22,569 nucleotides of DNA from a bacterium. Its GTDB lineage: Bacteria > Zhuqueibacterota > Zhuqueibacteria > Zhuqueibacterales > Zhuqueibacteraceae. The notes below the pieces were generated by a model. The model saw only the letters and a program-made list of their open reading frames with translations, had not been told where the DNA came from and did not search any database. The stretch is from assembly GCA_044869275.1 (NCBI GenBank), contig JBIOXB010000054.1, forward strand, positions 1 to 22,569, in the 5' to 3' direction. The translations under genes and the position numbers were made by a program. This document shows positions 16,204-22,569 of this stretch, piece after piece (the stretch's first letter is position 1; each line of letters starts with the position of its first letter).

Positions 16204-18051
16204 TCACGCCACCCGGTTTCTCGCGATGCCGAGCTTTTTCATTCGCGCTTCGAGAGTTGTCGGTTTCAAGCCGAGCAGCTTGGCCGCCCCCATCTCACCG
16301 CTGACCCGCCAACCCGTGAGCTCGAGCATCTCGAGAATGTGATTTCGCTCCAGCGCGGCAATAGTCAAAATGCGCTTGCCGTTTGGCGTGGTGTGCGCTT
16401 CCGGAATCCAATCGCCGAGCTCGAGCTGAGGGCCGGGGCTGATGATCACCGCCCTTTCGATCACGTTCTCCAGTTCTCTCACATTGCCCGGCCAGGCATA
16501 GGCTTGCAGAGCATTCATGGTCTTTTGCGAAATGGTCTCGATCTTTTTGCCCAGCTTCGCGCCGTATTTCATGGCGAAATGTTTGGCCAGGAGCGGAATA
16601 TCTTCGCGCCGCTCGCGCAGCGCCGGGAGATGAATGGGGAAGATGTTGAGACGATAGTAAAGGTCGGAGCGAAATCGCTCTTCTTGCATGGCCTGCGCCA
16701 AATCGTGATTGGTGGCGGCAATAACTCTGACATTGACCTGCAGGATATGCGTGCCGCCCACCCGATCGAATTCGCCTTCTTGCAAGACGCGCAGCAGCTT
16801 GGCCTGCAACTCCAAAGGCAAATCCCCGATTTCGTCCAAAAAGATGGTACCGCCGTCCGCCAGCTCGAAGCGGCCAATCTTGCGGGAATAGGCTCCGGTA
16901 AAAGCGCCTTTCTCGTGGCCGAACAGTTCGCTTTCGATCAGCGTGGCCGGCAGGGCCGCGCAGTTGACTTTGATCAGCGCACTGCTTTTTCGAAGGCTGC
17001 GATTATGAAGCGCACGCGCAATCAATTCCTTGCCGGTGCCGGTTTCGCCGGAAATCAAAACGGTGGAGTCCGTCGCCGCGACCAGTTGAATTTCCTGAAA
17101 AACTTTTTTGATGGCGCGCGAAGCGCCGACGAAGGATTCAAAATCATATTCGGTTTTGATTTCTTCCTGCAGATAAATGTTTTCCAGCTGTAATTTGCCC
17201 AGCTCGGCTTTGGCTTTTCTTATCTCATTGACATCGCGCAAAATGATGGTGAAGAGTTGCCGTCCCCCCACTTCGACTTTTGATATGGTCGCTTCAACCG
17301 AAAACTCTTCTCCATCCGCGCGACGGGCGGCGAGCCCCTCCGGCCGCCAAATGTAACTTTGCGTTTTACCGCCATTCGTCGTGGAGGCGATATTCTCAAT
17401 GATGAGATCGTCGAGCGCTTGGGAGAGAAAACGGTCGAAGGGCTGGCCAATGGCATTTTGCGCCGCGCAGCCGAATACCTTCTCCGCGGCGGCATTAAAA
17501 AGGGCAATGCGCCGGTTCTGGTCGATGATGATAATGGCATCCATGGCGGACTCGAGGATGCGGCCGAGACGCTCTTCACTCTCCCGCAATGCGGCGGTGC
17601 GCTCTTTCACTCTTTGCTCCAGCTCCTCGTTGGCCTGGCGCAACGCTTCCTCCGCCTGCCGGCGCGCGGCTCGTTCTTCGGCTTCACGGAGGGCGCGGCC
17701 CACCGCCGGCGCCAACCGTTCCAGTCGATGCTTCAAAACATAATCCGTCGCGCCCTGTTTAAGGGTTTCAATGGCCAGTTCTTCGCCAATTGCGCCGGAG
17801 ACGAAAACAAACGGCGTTTCATGGCATCTTTCCTGTGCCATGGATAATGCCGTGATGCCGTCAAAAGCGGGCAGAGAATAATCGGCGAGAATCAGATCGG
17901 GTGAAAAGGCCTCGAGCTCATGCAAGAAGGCCTCCCGCGTCGCGACGCGCCTGGCGGCGAACTCGATTTGCCCTTTGCGCAGTTCGCGCTCGACCATTTC
18001 CGCATCGGTAGGAACATCTTCGAGAATGAGGATTCGAAGCGTTTTTTCCAT
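16204..18051 (-). CDS. Sigma54-dependent transcriptional activator, REC-PAS-AAA+-HTH
   Basis: REC ([24 protein letters not shown]), coiled coil, PAS ([13 protein letters not shown]...[10 protein letters not shown]...ILRD), Walker [15 protein letters not shown], Walker [19 protein letters not shown] and an FhlA-like HTH ([22 protein letters not shown]). True start ATG 18051 after GAGGAG. Confidence 0.93.
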   Translation of the reverse strand: MEKTLRILILEDVPTDAEMVERELRKGQIEFAARRVATREAFLHELEAFSPDLILADYSLPAFDGITALSMAQERCHETPFVFVSGAIGEELAIETLKQGATDYVLKHRLERLAPAVGRALREAEERAARRQAEEALRQANEELEQRVKERTAALRESEERLGRILESAMDAIIIIDQNRRIALFNAAAEKVFGCAAQNAIGQPFDRFLSQALDDLIIENIASTTNGGKTQSYIWRPEGLAARRADGEEFSVEATISKVEVGGRQLFTIILRDVNEIRKAKAELGKLQLENIYLQEEIKTEYDFESFVGASRAIKKVFQEIQLVAATDSTVLISGETGTGKELIARALHNRSLRKSSALIKVNCAALPATLIESELFGHEKGAFTGAYSRKIGRFELADGGTIFLDEIGDLPLELQAKLLRVLQEGEFDRVGGTHILQVNVRVIAATNHDLAQAMQEERFRSDLYYRLNIFPIHLPALRERREDIPLLAKHFAMKYGAKLGKKIETISQKTMNALQAYAWPGNVRELENVIERAVIISPGPQLELGDWIPEAHTTPNGKRILTIAALERNHILEMLELTGWRVSGEMGAAKLLGLKPTTLEARMKKLGIARNRVA

Positions 18052-18073
18052 AGTCAGCTCCTCTCTAAATTGC

Positions 18074-18211
18074 CTAGCAGGATGCTGAAAAACACTTTTG
18101 AAGTCATGCCCGCGAAAGCGGGCATCCAGAAAATGCAAGGAAATCATGGATTCCCGCTTTCGCGGGAATGACAATCTTGAGTGATTAGTGAATTTCTCAG
18201 CAACCTGCTAG
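18074..18211. mobile_element. 138-bp MITE-like element: CTAG-flanked terminal inverted repeats with an internal REP-like doublet
   Basis: ctagcaggatgctgaaaaa (18074-18092) vs tttctcagcaacctgctag (18193-18211), 17/19 complementary, with CTAG at both ends; no transposase. Confidence 0.7.
18103..18172. repeat. Inverted REP-like palindrome pair (GTCATKCCCGCGAAAGCGGGMATCCA)
   Basis: gtcatgcccgcgaaagcgggcatcca (18103-18128) and tggattcccgctttcgcgggaatgac (18147-18172); each unit is itself a hairpin with a GAAA/TTTC loop. Confidence 0.85.
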
Positions 18212-18356
18212 AGCATAGAGCCGAGGGCATAGAGCGATGGGTAAAAGGTGTGGGGCGAAGAGCGCACCCATCGCCCTCCGCTCTACGCCCTACACTCTTT
18301 GCCCTAAGCTCTATGCTCTCAGCTCCATGCCCTCAGCTCTACGCCCTCCGCCCTCA
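18210..18356. repeat. Inverted heptamer array, 21 units in continuous 7-nt register
   Basis: Eight purine-rich units (agagcat agagccg agggcat agagcga ...; 18210-18265), then thirteen complementary units (acccatc gccctcc gctctac gccctac ... gccctca; 18266-18356). Confidence 0.85.
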
Positions 18357-18358
18357 GC

Positions 18359-18802
18359 TCACCGCGGTGGCTTGTTGCACAACACCCAGTAATATCCCAA
18401 CTCCGCGACGCACTCGATGAATTTGTCAAAACCCACCGGCTTGACGATGTAGCTATTGACGCCCAATTTGTAACTTTCGACGATATCCCGCTCCTCTTGC
18501 GAGGAAGTCATCACCACCACCGGAATCACTTTGGTGCGCTCGTTCGATTTGATTTGGCGCAACACTTCCAAGCCATCCACCCTGGGCAGCTTCAAATCCA
18601 AGAGCACGACTTTGGGGCCGGTTTTAAGTTGTCGGCTCGCATAAGCACCGGTGCAGAAAATAAACGCCAAGGCCTCGGCGCCATCTTTGGCCACGTGCAC
18701 GAAATTGGCGAGATTGTGTTTTCTCAACGCGCGCAGGGTAAGCTCGATATCATGCTGGTTGTCTTCGACCAATAGAATTTCAACATCATCAACGTTTATC
18801 AT
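18359..18802 (-). CDS. Single-domain response regulator (Rcp1-like)
   Basis: [34 protein letters not shown] and C-terminal LGYYWVLCN; 4-nt ATGA overlap with the kinase stop. Confidence 0.93.
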   Translation of the reverse strand: MINVDDVEILLVEDNQHDIELTLRALRKHNLANFVHVAKDGAEALAFIFCTGAYASRQLKTGPKVVLLDLKLPRVDGLEVLRQIKSNERTKVIPVVVMTSSQEERDIVESYKLGVNSYIVKPVGFDKFIECVAELGYYWVLCNKPPR

Positions 18803-21800
18803 AATTTCGTTCCTTTGCTTGGCAGCGTAAAGTGAAGCGCCGCGCCCTCGTCAACTTTTCCTTTGGCCCAAACCCGGCCGCCGTGCCGCTGAATGATGCG
18901 CTGCACGATGGCCAACCCAACGCCCGTGCCTTCAAACTCTTCGGCGCCGTGCAAGCGCTGAAAGACGCCAAAAAGCTTGTGCACATATTCCATGGCAAAC
19001 CCGACGCCGTTGTCTTTGACATAATACACATTTTCATTTCCCTCGACGCCGGCGCCAACTTCTATCATCGCGGTTTCCCGCGACCTGGTGAATTTGATCG
19101 CATTGGCGAGCAGGTTGACAAAAACCTGGCGCAGCATGGCGCGATCACCATGCGCCACGGGCAATGGCATGATCTTCACGTGCAGCACGCGCCCCGGGGT
19201 CGCGGCATTAAGCTCTTCCCACACCGCTTTGGCCAGCTCGGTCATGTCAACTTCGGTGCGCTGCAATTCTTTGCGACCGATGCGCGAGAAAGCCAGCAAA
19301 TCGTCGATGAGCTGCGCCATGTTCTGTGTGTTGCTGCGAATGATGCTCAACAAACGGTTGCATTCGGCATCGAGCATGCCGGCATGGTCCTCTTGCAAAA
19401 TGCGCGAAAAGCCATCGATCGCCCGCAACGGCGAGCGCAAATCGTGCGAGACGGAATAGGAAAAAGCTTCGAGCTCGGCGGTGCGCTCGGCCACGCGCTG
19501 CTCCAGTTCTACGGCGTGGCGCTGCACTTGTTCGTGCAAGCGGGCCTGTTGGATGGCGATGGCGAGACTGTTGGCGATCTCGCGGGCGATCTCCACGTCT
19601 TCATTGGAAAAAGCGCCCGGCTTTTCAGAAGCCAGATTGAAGGTGCCGATGAACTCACCCTTGGAAATCAGCGGCACATTAATATAGCTGCGAATGCCCT
19701 CTTCCTTCAGAGCCTTCATGATGGGCGATAACGGCCGGCGCAAAAGGTCATCCACCACGACCGGTTTGCCTTGCTCCAGGGTCTCGACCAGCTCGAATGC
19801 CGTCATCGGCCAGCGCGCGCCGGTTCCTATTTTTGTTTCTCTGCGAACCTGAGTCGCCATCACCACGCCTTCCTTGGTTTCGAAGTCGAAGACGACGACG
19901 CTCGTTCTGAAGCATGGCATCAAATCTTGAATGTAATGCAAGGCAGCCTGGGCAATCTTTTCCGGAGAACGCGCCGCCAAAACGGCCCGGTCGATCTCCT
20001 GCAAGTTCTCCAGGCGTTTCGTATATCGCCGCAGCTGATCTTCCGCCCGCTTGCGCTCGGTGATGTCGATGACCGTCGCGATGCGATAGAGCGGTCTTCC
20101 CCGCTCATCTCTAACCGCCGTCACCTGAATGAGCGCGGGAAAAACGCTGCCGTCTTTACGCAGATGCGGCGCTTCAAACGTGAGCCATCCTCGCTCTTTG
20201 ATCGCGCTGATATTCTCAGGTACCTGAGCGCGATACTCCGGAGCGAAAGTATGGGCGATAGGCATGCCGATCAGTTCTTCAACAGCATAACCGTGCATCC
20301 GCGCGAAGGCTGGGTTGACTAGCTCAAAAGCGTCTCCGCTACTGGTGGCCACGCCCGACTCGGTATGCTCGACAATACTGGCGAGTTTGCGCAGCTCCTG
20401 CTCAGCCTGCCGGCGCTCAGTGATGTCTGTGGAAATTAATGTCAAGGCAAAAATCTGTCCGTCACGCTTGATGGGGCCGACCCGGGTGGAATACCATGAG
20501 GTGCTGCCGTGAGGCCCTTTGGCAATCATTTCGAAAGCGTCGGGCTTGCCGGTATGAAAAACTCGTTTGATGCTTTTCCTGATTAAATCATGATGTTCGG
20601 TTGAAATATAGTCAAGAACACTTGTCCCGATGACCTCGTCTATCGTAAAGCCAGGCGCCGTGCGATTGATAAACAAAATTTTGCCGCCACTATCCACGAT
20701 GGCAATGAAATCCGGAGCGTTTTCCACCAGCGAACGGAATTTTTCCTCCGATTCCCGCAGCGCCTCTTCCGCTCGCTTGCGCGCGCTGATGTCACGACAC
20801 ACACAAATCAGGCCGCCTTCGGCAATGGCAGTCAGTGAAATTTCTGTGTCAAAGGTGCTGCCCTCACGTCGCTTTCCGATGACTTCGCCCTGCCATCGCC
20901 CTTTTTCCGAAAGGATGGGCATGATTTCCTGTTCAATTCTTTTGATCTCATCCTGACGGTAAAGCACTCGCCACGTTTTCCCGAGAAGGTCTTTCGGACT
21001 GTCGTAGCCATAGATTTTCGCATGCGCATCATTCATATAAACATAGGCATCGTCCTGAGAGAGTATGGCAATTCCATCCATCGCCGTTTCCATGGCCGCC
21101 GACTGCCGTTTACGCTCAGCGATTTGCTCTCGCAGAATCTCATTGGCTTGCGCCAGCTCGGCCGTGCGTTCCTTCACCCGCTGCTCCAGCTCGTCGTTTG
21201 CTTTCTTGAGCTCCTCTTGCGTGCGCTTGAGCGCGGTGATGTCGCGAACAATCGTCGCAGTTACAATCGGCTCGCCCGTGTGTGGATCATTCACCGTGAA
21301 CAAATGGCGATGAATTGGAATTCGTGCACCGGTCTTGGCGTGTCGAAAGCACGTCTCGCCCTCCCAATGCCCTTGCTCAAGCAAAGCCGGTATGACGACC
21401 TGCATGTAGCGTTTCTGCTCATCTTCCGGATGAAAATCCAGCACGCTGTGGGAAACCGCCTCTTCCAGAGTATCGAATCCCAGCATTTTCAGCCCGGCAG
21501 GATTGATGTACACAGGTTTCGGAGGTCTGTCCATGGTTCCGAACCCGATGAGGTCCGGGCTGTTCTCGATGAGGGCCACCAGCTTTTGGCGATCCTCTTC
21601 CGCCCGTTTACGCTCGGAGATATCTCGCACCATGGCAAGCATAAAATCCTTGCCAGTCATGTTGAAAATTGAAGCTGAAATCTCGGCGGGCAAGTATACA
21701 CCCGCTTTGGTGAGGCAGCAGAGCTCATGCGTCCAACCTTGCCCCTTTGCCAAAACCGTTTGCGCAAACGACATCAGCTTCGGCGTCTCGTGCGCATGGA

Positions 21801-22101
21801 TATCCGACATGCGCCTGGCGAGCAGCTCCTGGCGTGAAAAGCCGAGCATGGCACTGGCCTTGGAATTGCAATCAATGATTTTTTCATCGGCGAGATCGAC
21901 GACAAAAATGGCGTCGTTGGAGTGCTCGAAAATTTTGCGGAAACGCTCCTCGCTCTCCTGCAGCGCCTGCTCAACGCGCTTGTGATCTGCCACTGCAGCG
22001 ACTTTTCCAGCCGCGGCTTGGGGAGAACGCCGTGTTCGGTTTGCCGTCTTTCGCCTCGGCCTTTGGGCGGAAGCACTCTGGCGATCTGAGGGAGATGACA
22101 T
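18799..22101 (-). CDS. Soluble sensor histidine kinase: five PAS/PAC domains, GAF, HisKA, HATPase
   Basis: Five PAS units ending in (R/T/I)DI(S/T)xxKR-type linkers, GAF ([30 protein letters not shown]), H-box [14 protein letters not shown]-box [15 protein letters not shown]-box [15 protein letters not shown]; no TM segments. Confidence 0.94.
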   Translation of the reverse strand: MSSPSDRQSASAQRPRRKTANRTRRSPQAAAGKVAAVADHKRVEQALQESEERFRKIFEHSNDAIFVVDLADEKIIDCNSKASAMLGFSRQELLARRMSDIHAHETPKLMSFAQTVLAKGQGWTHELCCLTKAGVYLPAEISASIFNMTGKDFMLAMVRDISERKRAEEDRQKLVALIENSPDLIGFGTMDRPPKPVYINPAGLKMLGFDTLEEAVSHSVLDFHPEDEQKRYMQVVIPALLEQGHWEGETCFRHAKTGARIPIHRHLFTVNDPHTGEPIVTATIVRDITALKRTQEELKKANDELEQRVKERTAELAQANEILREQIAERKRQSAAMETAMDGIAILSQDDAYVYMNDAHAKIYGYDSPKDLLGKTWRVLYRQDEIKRIEQEIMPILSEKGRWQGEVIGKRREGSTFDTEISLTAIAEGGLICVCRDISARKRAEEALRESEEKFRSLVENAPDFIAIVDSGGKILFINRTAPGFTIDEVIGTSVLDYISTEHHDLIRKSIKRVFHTGKPDAFEMIAKGPHGSTSWYSTRVGPIKRDGQIFALTLISTDITERRQAEQELRKLASIVEHTESGVATSSGDAFELVNPAFARMHGYAVEELIGMPIAHTFAPEYRAQVPENISAIKERGWLTFEAPHLRKDGSVFPALIQVTAVRDERGRPLYRIATVIDITERKRAEDQLRRYTKRLENLQEIDRAVLAARSPEKIAQAALHYIQDLMPCFRTSVVVFDFETKEGVVMATQVRRETKIGTGARWPMTAFELVETLEQGKPVVVDDLLRRPLSPIMKALKEEGIRSYINVPLISKGEFIGTFNLASEKPGAFSNEDVEIAREIANSLAIAIQQARLHEQVQRHAVELEQRVAERTAELEAFSYSVSHDLRSPLRAIDGFSRILQEDHAGMLDAECNRLLSIIRSNTQNMAQLIDDLLAFSRIGRKELQRTEVDMTELAKAVWEELNAATPGRVLHVKIMPLPVAHGDRAMLRQVFVNLLANAIKFTRSRETAMIEVGAGVEGNENVYYVKDNGVGFAMEYVHKLFGVFQRLHGAEEFEGTGVGLAIVQRIIQRHGGRVWAKGKVDEGAALHFTLPSKGTKL

Positions 22102-22149
22102 TTGCGCGCACTCTTATTTGAAGGGGATCGCTGATGCAGTTGCTTCTAT

Positions 22150-22155
22150 ATTATA
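22150..22155 (-). promoter_or_regulatory. Candidate sigma70 -10 box (TATAAT) for the kinase operon
   Basis: Perfect TATAAT on the - strand ~48 nt before ATG 22101 in an AT-rich region; no convincing -35. Confidence 0.3.
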
Positions 22156-22569
22156 TTAACATCGGCAGTTTAAATAACCAAGGCAAGTACTATTCCAGAA
22201 ACCCCCCAAATATAAAACACATGCGAAATGAATAAAAAACAGATACCTTGATCGCAAGCACCTTAATATAAACTACTTGTTCCAAATAAACTATTCCCAA
22301 TATTATGTGAATTTCGCGAAATATTGGAATTGGCTTCGGCGAGACCCGGTTCTCTTTCCGCCGCACGCTACTTTACAGCGCACAAAGTCGCTGAGAAATA
22401 TCGCTGCGTGATCGCGGAAAAAATACTCTCATGCTTTCATTTCCGTGAGCTGTTCCATTTCCGTGAGATTGAACTTTGCTGCTCGAAGAGCTTCAATTTT
22501 CAGTTTGAAGATTGGGGTAGACCGTTAAGCGGCGTAAAAATGGTGTTGTGTTCGATGAATAGGTCTGCT

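Noticed and set aside
18052..18174. 41-aa N-terminal extension ([24 protein letters not shown]...) of the sigma54 activator in the ORF track
   Set aside because: It is a translation of the REP/MITE element; the REC domain and a GAGGAG RBS place the start at 18051.
18210..18356. Repeat arrays (here and 5731-5822) as CRISPR arrays
   Set aside because: Units are 7-8 nt, degenerate and contiguous, with no unique spacers and no cas genes.
158..21985. Long antisense or alternate-frame ORFs (e.g. 158..946, 2537..3307, 4282..5148, 9761..10672, 16339..17193, 18832..19731)
   Set aside because: They are shadows of well-supported genes in GC-rich DNA, with no recognisable motifs.
18799..22101. Kinase as a bacteriophytochrome, given the Cph1-like H-box and Rcp1-like partner
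   Set aside because: No PAS-GAF-PHY photosensory module or DIP/PASDIP motif seen, and no LOV GxNCRFLQ motif.
22430..22569. 3' end of a minus-strand gene entering from the right edge
   Set aside because: All three frames hit stops within about 25 codons and none is identifiable; cannot be supported from this window.

Overview
Bacterial window with a GC-rich coding bias and two parts. (A) 1-15287 is a divergently organised cluster. Leftward (-) are an MIP/aquaporin, an exported DM13-like protein, an exported GlcG/HbpS-cupin fusion and the 5' end of another exported protein. Rightward (+) are a type II NAD(P)H dehydrogenase, a GMC oxidoreductase, a subtilase with an N-terminal Cys4 motif and a C-terminal CBM48-like domain, an exported double-VOC protein, an MGH1/GH63-like glucosidase, a haloarchaeal-type glucose 1-dehydrogenase, a small ZAS (zf-HC2) anti-sigma-like protein and an amylo-alpha-1,6-glucosidase. 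The strongest unannotated signal is a bipartite motif, TGTAAGG-N15/16-CGAC-N-AA. It occurs five times, plus one degenerate copy, always in sense orientation 30-80 nt upstream of a gene. This suggests the cluster is one ECF sigma factor regulon that includes its own anti-sigma, with no ECF sigma gene in the window. (B) 16204-22101 is a convergent (-) signalling operon: a soluble 5xPAS-GAF histidine kinase, a single-domain response regulator and a REC-PAS sigma54 activator. Between A and B lies a probable pseudogene. Spacers contain 6-, 7-, 8- and ~14-mer inverted repeat arrays and a 138-bp MITE-like element with a nested REP pair. One heptamer array sits in frame inside the VOC gene. All family calls come from motif recognition; no database search was run.
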